From Gemmatimonadales bacterium (lineage in GTDB: Bacteria; Gemmatimonadota; Gemmatimonadetes; Gemmatimonadales; GWC2-71-9), in the NCBI GenBank assembly GCA_035538515.1, contig DATLKF010000010.1:194679-258678 (forward strand): a stretch of 64,000 nt of DNA, written 5' to 3'. Within the stretch, counting starts at the first letter, position 1; every line of letters starts with the position of its first letter. The translations under genes and the position numbers were made by a program. Below are positions 45,209 to 55,753 of the stretch, in pieces. Under the pieces are notes generated by a model. The model made no database searches, was not told where the DNA came from, and saw only the letters and a program-made list of their open reading frames with translations.

Positions 45209-47089
45209 ATGGTCTCCGCCCGCGGCTCCTGCCAACGTGCCTGCATGTCTGGTACCGGCGTCGTGGACGACGGCGGGCTCGGCGATTTCACCGCGGACGC
45301 GCGGATCCTCCCGCTGAGCCTCATGGCCGCCCTGATCGGGGTCGTGAGCGCATTCGTGGCGCTCGCGTTGGTCCGCCTGATTGGCCTGTGCACCCACGTC
45401 TTCTATTACCATGAATGGGGCGGCTCTCTCGTCTCGCCTACCACGAATCGACTCGGCTTATGGGCCGTTCTGATTCCGGTCACCGGTGGGCTGCTCGTGG
45501 GGCTGATGGCGCGCTTCGGCACGGAGCAGATCCGCGGCCACGGCATCCCGGAAGCCCTCGAAGCGATCCTCATCGGGCGCAGCCGCATGTCGGCGCGGGT
45601 CGCCGTGCTCAAACCGCTCTCCTCGGCGATCTCGATCGGGACCGGCGGGCCGTTCGGCGCCGAGGGGCCGATCATCATGACGGGCGGGGCGTTCGGCTCG
45701 CTGTTCGCCCAGGCGTTTCAGCTCTCGGAAGCCGAGCGGAAGACGCTGCTCGTGGCCGGGGCGGCGGGCGGCATGGCCGCCGTGTTCGCCACTCCGGTCG
45801 CCGCGGTGCTGATCGCCGTCGAACTGCTGCTGTTCGAGTGGAAGCCGCGGAGCTTCATTCCGGTCGCGACAGCCGCCGCCGTCGCCGGACTCGTCCGCGT
45901 GCCGCTGCTCGGAGCAGGGCCGATGTTCCCCGTCCCGCCCCACACGAATCTGCCGCTGAGCACGCTGGGCGTGGGGCTGGGCATCGGGCTCGCCGCCGGG
46001 TTCGGCTCGGGTCTCCTGACCTGGCTCGTGTACGCCTGCGAAGATCTGTTTCGGAAGCTCCCGATCCATTGGATGTGGTGGCCGGTGTTGGGGGGCCTCG
46101 TGGTGGGCGTCGGAGGGCTGTTCTATCCGCGAGCGCTCGGCGTCGGCTACGACACGATTCACGACCTCTTGGCCGGCCAGCTCGTGGGTCGGCTGCTGCT
46201 CGGCCTGCTCCTGACGAAGGCCCTGATTTGGGCCGTCGCGTTGGGCTCCGGGACGTCCGGAGGAGTCCTCGCCCCGCTCCTCATCATGGGGGGCTCGCTC
46301 GGAGCGCTCGAGGCCCATTGGATCCGCTTCGGCAATCCTGGGTTATGGGCCGCCATCAGCATGGGCGCCATGATGGGTGGCACGATGCGTTCCCCTTTCA
46401 CCGCGTCCGTGTTCGTGCTCGAGCTCACCCACGATATCCAGGTCTTGCCGTCCCTGTTCGTCGCCTGCGTCGCCGCGGATGCGGTCACAGTGCTGCTCAT
46501 GAAGCGGTCGATTCTGACGGAAAAAGTGGCGCGGCGGGGCACGCACGTCATGCGGGAGTACATCGTGAGCCCGCTGCATCAGCTGTGCGTGGAGGACGTG
46601 ATGGAACGGGACGTGCCGGCGGTGCCGGCGAGCCTGCCGGTGGACACGATGTTCCGACGCCTCGCGAACGTCGACCCCATCGTCAGCCGCCGGCAGGCGT
46701 GGCCCCTTGTGGACGACCATGACAGGCTGATAGGAATCATCACCCGGGGTGATCTGGTGCGAGCGCTGGAACGGCTCGACGGCGACGGTCAAACCGTCCT
46801 CGACGCGGGGACGCGGTCTCCGCTCGTCGTCACGTATCCGGACGAATTGCTCGAGCGCGCGACGCAGAAGATGCTGGACCGTGACATCGGCCGGCTCCCC
46901 GTGGTGAGCCGCGAGGACCCGACGCGATTGGTCGGCTACCTCGGGAGGACCGGCATCATGGCAGCCTGGCTGTACGCCACGCAACAAGAGCGGGTGCAGG
47001 AGGACGGGTGGCTGACCGAGCAGTTACGAGTGCTCAAGAGCAAGCTCCGGACGCTGCTCGCGGGGAGGGGACGTCGGGAACCGCCTTAG
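45209..47089 (+). CDS. ClC family chloride channel/antiporter with two C-terminal CBS domains
   Basis: Motifs GHGIPEA, GTGGPFGAEGP and GTSGGVLAPLL, followed by a CBS pair (VEDVMERDV..., IGIITRGDLV...). The start could be ATG 45245. Confidence 0.9.
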   Translation: MVSARGSCQRACMSGTGVVDDGGLGDFTADARILPLSLMAALIGVVSAFVALALVRLIGLCTHVFYYHEWGGSLVSPTTNRLGLWAVLIPVTGGLLVGLMARFGTEQIRGHGIPEALEAILIGRSRMSARVAVLKPLSSAISIGTGGPFGAEGPIIMTGGAFGSLFAQAFQLSEAERKTLLVAGAAGGMAAVFATPVAAVLIAVELLLFEWKPRSFIPVATAAAVAGLVRVPLLGAGPMFPVPPHTNLPLSTLGVGLGIGLAAGFGSGLLTWLVYACEDLFRKLPIHWMWWPVLGGLVVGVGGLFYPRALGVGYDTIHDLLAGQLVGRLLLGLLLTKALIWAVALGSGTSGGVLAPLLIMGGSLGALEAHWIRFGNPGLWAAISMGAMMGGTMRSPFTASVFVLELTHDIQVLPSLFVACVAADAVTVLLMKRSILTEKVARRGTHVMREYIVSPLHQLCVEDVMERDVPAVPASLPVDTMFRRLANVDPIVSRRQAWPLVDDHDRLIGIITRGDLVRALERLDGDGQTVLDAGTRSPLVVTYPDELLERATQKMLDRDIGRLPVVSREDPTRLVGYLGRTGIMAAWLYATQQERVQEDGWLTEQLRVLKSKLRTLLAGRGRREPP

Positions 47090-48201
47090 TGCTGGGAGGG
47101 GGCGGGGCGCACGCGGCCTACCAGGTGGGGGTCCTAGCAGCCATCGTCGAGCGCACACCGGGCCTCGAGTTTCCGATTCTGACGGGAGTCTCGGCAGGCG
47201 CGATCAATATTGCCTACCTCGCGGCGTACCGCGGACCGTTGGTGGGAGCAGTGGAGGCGTTGCGCAGCGAATGGGGACGCCTGACCGTGGAGCGAGTCTA
47301 CCGGCTGCGCGTCGCGCGCCTGGCGCGAGCCGGACTGCTGTGGCTGGCTCAAATGGCACTCGGCGGGCACGGGGGTCCGTCCCTGGTCCGAGGCTTGCTG
47401 GACATGCAGCCGCTGCGCGAGTTCCTGGCACGGGGTCTCGACTTCGACGGGGTGGACGCCAATATCGCCACGGGCCGTCTCCGAGCCGTTGCCCTCAGCG
47501 CCACCCCCTACACGTCCGAGCAAACCGTCACGTTTGTCCACGGCGCCAGCGACGTCCCGATGTGGCGCCGGGCGCTGCGGTACTCCGTCAAGACCCGACT
47601 AACGCTCGATCATGTGATGGCGTCCGCGGCCATTCCAATCCTGTTTCCCGCAGTGCGGATCGGCGATCAGTTCTACGGCGACGGGAGCATCCGGCAAACC
47701 GCGCCGCTCGCGCCCGCCATTCACCTGGGCGCGACGGCGCTGCTCGTGATCACCACGCGCTCGGATCCGCAGGCAACACCGCCGCAAGTGGTGGGCAGCG
47801 CGCGCGAGTACCCGTCGGTCGCCGAGGTCATCGGCATGCTGCTGCACTCGGTGTTCCTGGATGAGCCGGATGCCGACGCCGAGCGGCTGGAGCGCATCAA
47901 CCACCTGCTCGAGACGTGTCCGGTTAACACTCCGGCGTCGCATGGCCTGAGGCCCGTGCGACTGCTGTTGCTGCGGCCGTCGCGAGACGTCGGAGGCCTC
48001 GCGGTTGGGCGGCGCGTGCGGTTACCGCGCCTGGTGAACTGGGCGGTGCGCGGTATGGGGGGTCATCGCGCCGCCGCCGCCGACTTCCTCAGCTACCTCC
48101 TGTTCGACCCGGCGTATACGTCGGCCCTGATCGAGCTGGGGTACGACGACGCACGGAGCCAGTGGCCGCGCATCGAGCGGTTCCTGTCAGGGTCCTCTTA
48201 A
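47008..48201 (+). CDS. Patatin-like phospholipase
   Basis: Motifs LGGGGAHAAYQVG (oxyanion), GVSAGA (GxSxG) and YGDGS (DG). An alternative GTG start at 47089 abuts the ClC stop; ATG 47008 would overlap ClC by 82 nt. Confidence 0.88.
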   Translation: MADRAVTSAQEQAPDAARGEGTSGTALVLGGGGAHAAYQVGVLAAIVERTPGLEFPILTGVSAGAINIAYLAAYRGPLVGAVEALRSEWGRLTVERVYRLRVARLARAGLLWLAQMALGGHGGPSLVRGLLDMQPLREFLARGLDFDGVDANIATGRLRAVALSATPYTSEQTVTFVHGASDVPMWRRALRYSVKTRLTLDHVMASAAIPILFPAVRIGDQFYGDGSIRQTAPLAPAIHLGATALLVITTRSDPQATPPQVVGSAREYPSVAEVIGMLLHSVFLDEPDADAERLERINHLLETCPVNTPASHGLRPVRLLLLRPSRDVGGLAVGRRVRLPRLVNWAVRGMGGHRAAAADFLSYLLFDPAYTSALIELGYDDARSQWPRIERFLSGSS

Positions 48202-48402
48202 GGAATCTCTGCCCAAGTCGCGTGGTGCTGGGGTGGGACGCTCGGGCGCTTTACACGCGAGGGCACGCCAAAGGCGAAACTCCAAAGCCGAAGGCCGGCG
48301 ACACCTGCATCGTGCCGCGTTGCATGTTTCGGTGCGCCCTCGCGTGTAGGCGCCCAGCGTCCTACCCCAGCACCACGTTCCCTTGCAGAGATTCCTTAGA
48401 GG
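48194..48402. repeat. Long imperfect palindrome (arms of about 70 nt, central segment of about 60 nt) between convergent genes
   Basis: Left arm CCTCTTAAGGAATCTCTGC...GTGGTGCTGGGGTGGGACGCT...ACACGCGAGGGC. Right arm GCCCTCGCGTGT...AGCGTCCTACCCCAGCACCAC...GCAGAGATTCCTTAGAGG. The stop codons of patatin (48199-48201) and DoxX (48396-48398) lie inside the outer stems. Confidence 0.85.
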
Positions 48403-48791
48403 AGAACGAGCTTCCCGCCGCCGGTCGTAACGATGACCAGATTCATCACGGCCAGCATGAGATCGTAGTGCCAGCCGTACGCGTGGCCTCCCCAAAACCC
48501 GATCTTCCACACGACGATCTTCCTCTGGATCGCGCCAAGCATGATCAGAATGAGCCCAATGGCGGCGAGCTGCGTGAGGACTCCGAGCGCCACGCCAATG
48601 CTCCCGGCCACTTCCGCGCTGCCGAGGAACACCGTGAAGCCGGTGCTTGCACCAATGCTTTTTGATCGCTCGACAGGATTCCTCAGGTGGTTCCATCCGC
48701 TATCCAGGAACACCGCGGCGACCATTAGGCGCAGCAGCAAGAGACCGGCGTCCGAGAATTGCAGTAGCGCAGGAAATGTGGGGCTCATCAT
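48396..48791 (-). CDS. DoxX family membrane protein
   Basis: 131 aa with four TM helices. LLLLRLMVAAVFLDSGWNHL is typical of DoxX. Confidence 0.8.
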   Translation of the reverse strand: MMSPTFPALLQFSDAGLLLLRLMVAAVFLDSGWNHLRNPVERSKSIGASTGFTVFLGSAEVAGSIGVALGVLTQLAAIGLILIMLGAIQRKIVVWKIGFWGGHAYGWHYDLMLAVMNLVIVTTGGGKLVLL

Positions 48792-48804
48792 CGTCTCCTT
48801 GCCC

Positions 48805-50619
48805 TCAGTTGGTCTTCTTCGAGGTGGGGAGCTGCGCGAGGGCCGCGAGCACGTACGCCAGGTTCGCGGTGCCGTCCATGATCGGCTCGTTGGTGGAATA
48901 GTCCCCTGCGTCGTCGTGATAGACGATGAAGCCGGTGTTGAAGGGAGCGTACTCGTCAGGAGCGGTCAGCCGAATCCCGCGCAGATGCTCGAAGATCGAG
49001 CGGTACACGGGGCCATCCACGAGCCCGCCAGTGAGCTGTAGTCCCAGCTGCTGGGAGACGACCGAGTGCGGGGTCCGCGGGAATGTCGTCCCCAGCCCAA
49101 TGACCATGGACACGCCCCACGGATTCGTGCCGAACAGCCAGTCGAGCGCCGCGGTCTCGAACTCGAGATAGGTCGAGTCGCCCGTCATGCGCCGATAGAA
49201 ATGGCCCTGCGTCGCGAACGATGCCAGCAGGTTGTTCGAGCACCAAATGAAGGGTATCCCCACGCGAAAGCCGTTGTCCGCCCGCCGCGCCACTGCTTCG
49301 AGTCCGCGACGATAATACTCGGCCACGAGCCGCCGCGCGCTATCCGGCCCTTCGTGCCAGATCTCGTAGTGGCCGTTGTTGTGCCAGGGATACCATTGAT
49401 AATGCCGCGCGGTGTCTTGCCCCATCCACGGCTTCACGGGCTCGAGCGCGGCGTACTCGAGCGCGGCGGCGAAATAGCGAGATTCGTGCGTCAACCCATA
49501 CAGCTCGGCGGCGCCGAGCTCCATGTCGTCCGCCCAGTCGTCCTCCTCATAGAAGTAGGGCGACCGCGCCGGCGCGGTCTGGCACACCCCGGGATGCGCG
49601 ACGCCAAGCACGTACACCGCCCGCGCCCGCGTGGCGAGCCGGTTGGCAAACGCGGTATCACGCTCGGCGAAGATCTGGGCGCCCAGCGCGAAAGCGGCTG
49701 CATATTTTCCCGCGGTCGAGGCAAAGCCGGTGGAGCGGTTCTTGTACTCGAACAAGCCCTGTGGCTTGCCGGTGCAAGGGTACACCGGCCGGTAACGGCC
49801 GCGTCCCCAGCCGTAATCGGAGGAATCATGGACTGGCACGTCCCAGAAGGTGTGGTCGCGGTCGTCGCCCAGCTGGTTCAAGAGCAGGTCATCCTGGGGG
49901 TACATCTTGAGCAGCCATTCGAGCCCCCATCGGGCCTCGTCGAGCACATCGGGGATTCCGTTCGCGCCGGGGAGACCGCTTGCCTGGAAGCGATCGGCAA
50001 AGGTGCCGGGATGGTCACGGTACGCGAGCAGCAGCATGGTGGTTGCGTGCGCCGTCGTCGTCCCATACTGGAGATAATCCGATGCGTCGGCCCACCCACC
50101 GCTCACCGGGATAAACTGGCCACTTCGGGTCGGATGGTCGACGAGGATGCCGTCCGTGTGCTGGTGCACGGAGTCGCGGAACACCGGGTTGTAACCCGAG
50201 CGCTGCTCCCGCAGGTAGGCGAGCAGGGAGTCGGACGCGCCGCGGTACGCGTCGGCCGCGATCCGCACCGGGAGCGAGATCGCGCCGCCTGCGACGACCC
50301 GGTAAGTCCCGGGCTGGCGGACGCCTGAGAAGTCGAGCCGATACGTAGCGGCACAGGGGCCGAACGGCCCGGTGGAGCGCGCCGCTCGCGGCCCGAAGAT
50401 CGTGCGGTCGTGCGCGTCAATCACACTAAAGGTCGTGATGTTTCGCGCCTCGAGCGCGCACACCACCGCTATCTTGGGCGCTTCAGGCAGATAGCCGACT
50501 TGGTTGACGCGGATCGCGACGTTGGAAGCTGCACCGGGGACCGGAGAGCGAGGAGAGTGGCATGCGCCCAAGAGCGCCACGATGATGGCTGTGATGCACG
50601 GGACCCGGAACTTAGTCAT
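48805..50619 (-). CDS. Glycoside hydrolase family 9 (endoglucanase-like) lipoprotein
   Basis: Lipobox ALLGAC, N-terminal Ig-like region (RVNQVGYLP), SGGWADASDYLQYG, DVLDEARWGLEWLLKM and STNEPIMDGTANLAYVLA. Start MTKFRV at 50619; the ORF opens at 50700. Confidence 0.82.
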   Translation of the reverse strand: MTKFRVPCITAIIVALLGACHSPRSPVPGAASNVAIRVNQVGYLPEAPKIAVVCALEARNITTFSVIDAHDRTIFGPRAARSTGPFGPCAATYRLDFSGVRQPGTYRVVAGGAISLPVRIAADAYRGASDSLLAYLREQRSGYNPVFRDSVHQHTDGILVDHPTRSGQFIPVSGGWADASDYLQYGTTTAHATTMLLLAYRDHPGTFADRFQASGLPGANGIPDVLDEARWGLEWLLKMYPQDDLLLNQLGDDRDHTFWDVPVHDSSDYGWGRGRYRPVYPCTGKPQGLFEYKNRSTGFASTAGKYAAAFALGAQIFAERDTAFANRLATRARAVYVLGVAHPGVCQTAPARSPYFYEEDDWADDMELGAAELYGLTHESRYFAAALEYAALEPVKPWMGQDTARHYQWYPWHNNGHYEIWHEGPDSARRLVAEYYRRGLEAVARRADNGFRVGIPFIWCSNNLLASFATQGHFYRRMTGDSTYLEFETAALDWLFGTNPWGVSMVIGLGTTFPRTPHSVVSQQLGLQLTGGLVDGPVYRSIFEHLRGIRLTAPDEYAPFNTGFIVYHDDAGDYSTNEPIMDGTANLAYVLAALAQLPTSKKTN

Positions 50620-50748
50620 GCGATGGTGGATTGATTGGGCGCATATGCATAGCACTAACGCCGGTCCCGAGGAAGAAGCCCTTGCACCCGAGTGGCCCAA
50701 CGGTCATGATGTGACGGGAAACCTCGAGACGAAACGGAGGGACAACCG

Positions 50749-51708
50749 ATGAGACGACTCATGCATGAGCAGCTCGCTCGCGGTGTCGTTGGGGGAATCC
50801 TCGCGGGCCTGGTTGTCGCGATATGGTTTCTCGTCGTTGACGTCATTGCCGGCCAACCGTTTCATACGCCGGCGGCGCTCGCCGGCGCACTTTCGAACCA
50901 GGCGATTCCCAGCCCGACCGTTCGGCTTGTCACCGTTTACACGGTGCTGCACTTCGGTGTGTTCGCCTGTCTGGGCGTCGCGGCCGTTTGGGCCCTGGAC
51001 GCGCTGGCGCTGCACGCCGGGCTGCTCCTGGGTGTGATCTTCGGCATCGTCGTCCAGGAGTTCGTCTTTTACGGGGGTCTGGTGCTCGGCGGCGCGCCGC
51101 CGTCAACGGTCGTCGCGTGGCCGCACGTGATCGGCGCGAACGTCCTGTCCGGCATGGTGTTGATGGCGTACCTCCACCGGTCGGCGCGAGACGACCACCC
51201 GTTCGGCCTCGCCGTGCTCATGCGGTATCCAGCGCTGGCGCGCGGGGTGATCACCGGCTTGGTCGGCGCCGTCAGCGTGGCCGCGTGGTTCCTGGTGCTC
51301 GATGTGATCGCAGGCCATCCGTTCCTCACGCCCGCCGCACTCGGCTCCGCGCTCCTGTTCGGCGGCTCGAACGTAATCGTCGCGATCAACGTGGGCGTCG
51401 TGGCGACGTACACGGTGGTACACGTCATTGCGTTCGTCGTGGCCGGGATCGTTTTCGTGGCGATCGCCGAGCAGATCGAGCGCTCTCCCTCACTCGTCCT
51501 CTTGGCGACGATGACCGCGATCGTGCTCGAGGCCGTGGTGGTGGCGGCCCTGGCGCTCGCTGCGCAATGGGTCCTGGCCATGCTCGGCGTCTGGTCGGTG
51601 CTGGTCGGGAACGTCCTGGCCGTCGGGTCCATGGGATGGTTCGTGTGGCGGACGCACCCGGTGTTACGGCAGCAGCTGCGGCACGAGCTGCTGAGCGTGC
51701 GCATCTAA
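50749..51708 (+). CDS. Polytopic membrane protein of unknown function with internal tandem duplication
   Basis: 319 aa. Residues 9-70 and 163-235 are clearly homologous (LARGVVGGILAGLVVAIWFLVVDVIAGQPFHTPAALAGAL vs LARGVITGLVGAVSVAAWFLVLDVIAGHPFLTPAALGSAL). Confidence 0.65.
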   Translation: MRRLMHEQLARGVVGGILAGLVVAIWFLVVDVIAGQPFHTPAALAGALSNQAIPSPTVRLVTVYTVLHFGVFACLGVAAVWALDALALHAGLLLGVIFGIVVQEFVFYGGLVLGGAPPSTVVAWPHVIGANVLSGMVLMAYLHRSARDDHPFGLAVLMRYPALARGVITGLVGAVSVAAWFLVLDVIAGHPFLTPAALGSALLFGGSNVIVAINVGVVATYTVVHVIAFVVAGIVFVAIAEQIERSPSLVLLATMTAIVLEAVVVAALALAAQWVLAMLGVWSVLVGNVLAVGSMGWFVWRTHPVLRQQLRHELLSVRI

Positions 51709-52091
51709 CGGGAGGCTGAGGACATGACCCGCCGCCTCACGGCGCCGATGTCCTGAATCGCCCGAACTTCGACGCATCCGGTCTCCACCCAGGGAAACTC
51801 CTCCGCCATGCGGACGGCCTCCTCCATGTCCTCGGCCTCGATCAGGTTGAAACCGGCGAGCATCTCTTTGGTCTCTGTGAACGGTCCGTCCGTGACGGTC
51901 CGCCGGCCGTTGCGAACTCGCACCGATCGGGCGGACGGCGCCTTCTCGAGCATCTGCGAATCGAGCAGGCGTCCTTCCTGACGCAGCTCGTCGGCATGGG
52001 CCAGGCAGTCGCGCATCTTCGCGTCGAATTGCCCCGCTGGTAGAGCGTCGAGCAGTTCGGCGTCGGTGTAGATCAGCAGCAAGAATTTCAT
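51705..52091 (-). CDS. YciI (YCII/DGPF domain) family protein
   Basis: MKFLLLIY... and TDGPFTETKE motifs. 128 aa. Confidence 0.82.
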   Translation of the reverse strand: MKFLLLIYTDAELLDALPAGQFDAKMRDCLAHADELRQEGRLLDSQMLEKAPSARSVRVRNGRRTVTDGPFTETKEMLAGFNLIEAEDMEEAVRMAEEFPWVETGCVEVRAIQDIGAVRRRVMSSASR

Positions 52092-52153
52092 GTCATGTCC
52101 TAGAGAGGCTCGAACCGTTGTGTGTGATGTGCTCAGGTGGTCCCGAATGGTAA

Positions 52154-53323
<1,170 letters not shown>

Positions 53324-53428
53324 GCTTGATTGTCTTGGTCGCCTCGTCCCAGGGCCAGGATCTGGACTCGAGTGTCGATTTCGAGGGAGGTGATTCGACG
53401 CTTCAGTGACCAACCACAGGGTACTCAG

Positions 53429-53995
53429 ATGGCAACGCGGAAGCTCAAACTGCAAATGCAGATGACCGTCGACGGCTTTGTGGCGGGACCGGAAGGGCAG
53501 CTCGACTGGATGACGTGGGACATGGACGAGAAACTGCTGGCGTTCATCAACCACCTGACCGACACGAGCGACACCATCCTGCTCGGCAGAAAGATGACGC
53601 CCGGATTCACCAGCTACTGGGAGGCGGTGAAGCCGGAGAGCGCCGAGTACCCGTTCGCCTGCAAGATGGTGGACATGTCCAAGATCGCCTTCAGCAAAAC
53701 CCTCAAGCACATCGACGGCAAGAACGTGCGGGTGGAAAACGGCGATCTCGTCGAGGCGGTGAACCGGCTGAAGCGGCTACCCGGCAAGGACATCGTCGTG
53801 TACGGCGGTGCGACGTTCGTTGGCTCGCTGCTCGGGCACGGACTGATCGACGAGCTGAACATCTTCGTGAATCCGGTCGCGATCGCGCGTGGGATGCAGA
53901 TCTTCACAGACCGTAATGCCCTGCGACTAGCCGGGTCGACTGCCTATGCCTGCGGCATCGTGGTGAATACGTATCAGCCCGCGCCAAGAAAATAG
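53429..53995 (+). CDS. Dihydrofolate reductase-like (RibD C-terminal domain) family protein
   Basis: KLKLQMQMTVDGFVAGPEGQLDWM, ILLGRKM and IVVYGGATFVGSLL. ATG 53429 lies within ORF 53330..53995. Confidence 0.8.
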   Translation: MATRKLKLQMQMTVDGFVAGPEGQLDWMTWDMDEKLLAFINHLTDTSDTILLGRKMTPGFTSYWEAVKPESAEYPFACKMVDMSKIAFSKTLKHIDGKNVRVENGDLVEAVNRLKRLPGKDIVVYGGATFVGSLLGHGLIDELNIFVNPVAIARGMQIFTDRNALRLAGSTAYACGIVVNTYQPAPRK

Positions 53996-54009
53996 ATCCG
54001 CAGGGGGGG

Positions 54010-54035
54010 CCTAGCGGCGATAGTGCCGCAGGCGT
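54010..54035. repeat. 26-bp perfect direct repeat, copy 1 (CCTAGCGGCGATAGTGCCGCAGGCGT)
   Basis: Identical to 54410-54435, exactly 400 bp downstream. Confidence 0.95.
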
Positions 54036-54092
54036 TCCGGCCGAGACGTCTGGTCAGTGCTGCACGCGAGCCGTGGGACCACGGGAGGCGAC

Positions 54093-54414
54093 GTGACAGG
54101 TAATGGGATGCTCGGCGCCATCGGCAATACACCGTCGATTCGGCTCCGCAACGTCGTGCCGGACGGCGCGGCACGGATGCTCCTGAAGCTCGAGTACTAC
54201 AACCCGACGGCTTCCTACAAGGACCGGATGGCCCTGGCGATGATCGAGCGGGCTGAACAGCGCGGTTTCCTCAAGCCGGGAATGACCGTGGTCGAGTACA
54301 CGGGCGGCAGCACCGGCATATCCCTCGCGTTCGTATGCGCGGTAAAGGGCTACGGTGGTCGTGGACAGCGACTTCAAGTACCTGGCCGGGGACCTGTACG
54401 GCGACCCGCCCTAG
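54093..54414 (+). pseudogene. Cysteine synthase/CBS-like (PLP fold type II) gene remnant with internal deletion
   Basis: An N-terminal block of about 85 aa ([46 protein letters not shown]) is joined, with a frame change, to a C-terminal tail ([18 protein letters not shown]). About 200 central residues are missing. Confidence 0.7.
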
Positions 54415-54435
54415 CGGCGATAGTGCCGCAGGCGT
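54410..54435. repeat. 26-bp perfect direct repeat, copy 2
   Basis: Covers the overlapping stop codons (CTAG) of the cysteine-synthase remnant and the convergent MFS gene. It encodes the MFS C-terminus RLRHYRR*. Confidence 0.95.
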
Positions 54436-55655
54436 GCCTCCCGCCGCGCCACTACCGCCGTCGCGAGGAGGCAGCCGAGGCCGCCGCTCACCACGGAGGC
54501 GACCGCGCCGAACAGCTGCGCCACCGCGCCGGCTTCCAGCTCGCCGAGCTGCGGGCCACCCATGAAGAAGACCATGTTGACCCCTGTCATCCGCCCCCGC
54601 AGCTCGTCGGGCGTCTCGAGCTGCCGCACGATGTTGCGGATCACCGTGCTGACGGTGTCCGCGCCGCCCACGGCGGCGAGGCACAGCAGCGTGAGCCAGA
54701 AGTTCTTCGAGATGCCGAACACGACGGTCGCGGCCCCGTACGCCGCCACGGCCCAGAGCAGCATCGCTCCCCGCCGCTCGACGCGATCGATCCAGTACGC
54801 CATCACGACGCCGGCCGCCGCGGCGCCCAGCGATGGCGCCGCGTACAGCCACCCGTAGCCGCGCGCGCCGACGTGCAGGATGTCCTGCGCAAAGATCGGG
54901 AGCAGCGCGGTGGCTGACGCGAAGAAGGTGGCGATGAAATCGAGCAGCATGGTCGAGCGCACGATCGGCTGTGCGAACACGAACCGGAGGCCTTCGCGGG
55001 CGGCGGCCCAGGTGATCCGCGTGGCGGAGGCCGTGGCCTCCTGCGGCCGCGCACGCATCACCAGGAGGGCCGCTATGACCATCAGAAAGGAAGCGGCGTT
55101 GACGGCATACACCCAGGCGATGCCGGGGCCCGCGATCAGGAGGCCAGCCAGGGTGGGACCCGCGACGGAGGCGAACTGGAACATGAGGGTGTTGAGCCCG
55201 ATGGCGTTGGCGAGGTGCTCGCGCGGCACGAGGTTGGGGATGAGGGCCTGGCGTGCGGGGCCGTCGAAGGAGGCGGCGGCCGAGGACGCCGCCGCCAGTA
55301 GATAGATCGGCCAAACGGCGTGCAGGCCAACGAAGGTGAGCGCGGCGAGAGTGGCGGCGAGCAGCGCCATGAGGGTCTGAGTAGCGAGCATCACCTTGCG
55401 GCGATCGAGGGCGTCGGCCACCACGCCGCTCAGCACGGCAAAGACGATGATCGGCACGACCTGCACTGCACCCACGAGCCCAAGGGCGATCCCTTTGCTC
55501 CCCGGAGCCGCGAGCAGCGAGACGTGCCACAGGATGGCGGCGGTCTGCATCCGCGACCCGGAGAACGAGAGGAGCTGGCCGATCCACAGCAGCGTGAAGT
55601 CGCGGTGCCGCAGGGCGGGGAAGGAGGTGGTGATGCGGGTGATCGCCGCACTCAT
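54411..55655 (-). CDS. MFS transporter (EntS/MFS_3-like)
   Basis: 12-TM pattern. N-terminus [26 protein letters not shown]. Start MSAAITR at 55655; the ORF opens at 55817. Confidence 0.85.
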   Translation of the reverse strand: MSAAITRITTSFPALRHRDFTLLWIGQLLSFSGSRMQTAAILWHVSLLAAPGSKGIALGLVGAVQVVPIIVFAVLSGVVADALDRRKVMLATQTLMALLAATLAALTFVGLHAVWPIYLLAAASSAAASFDGPARQALIPNLVPREHLANAIGLNTLMFQFASVAGPTLAGLLIAGPGIAWVYAVNAASFLMVIAALLVMRARPQEATASATRITWAAAREGLRFVFAQPIVRSTMLLDFIATFFASATALLPIFAQDILHVGARGYGWLYAAPSLGAAAAGVVMAYWIDRVERRGAMLLWAVAAYGAATVVFGISKNFWLTLLCLAAVGGADTVSTVIRNIVRQLETPDELRGRMTGVNMVFFMGGPQLGELEAGAVAQLFGAVASVVSGGLGCLLATAVVARREARLRHYRR

Positions 55656-55753
55656 CGATTCGGGGTGACCCCTGGAATCTTGCGGTCCCTCGGCATAGGG
55701 CACGATGTTGCAGGTTAGACGAGTGAGGTGTCGCCCAACAGAGGAGGAGACCC

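Noticed and set aside
47008-48201. Patatin-like phospholipase as a CBASS or other anti-phage effector.
   Set aside because: No cyclase/nucleotidyltransferase, sensor or other defence-associated gene is adjacent. The neighbours are a ClC channel and DoxX.
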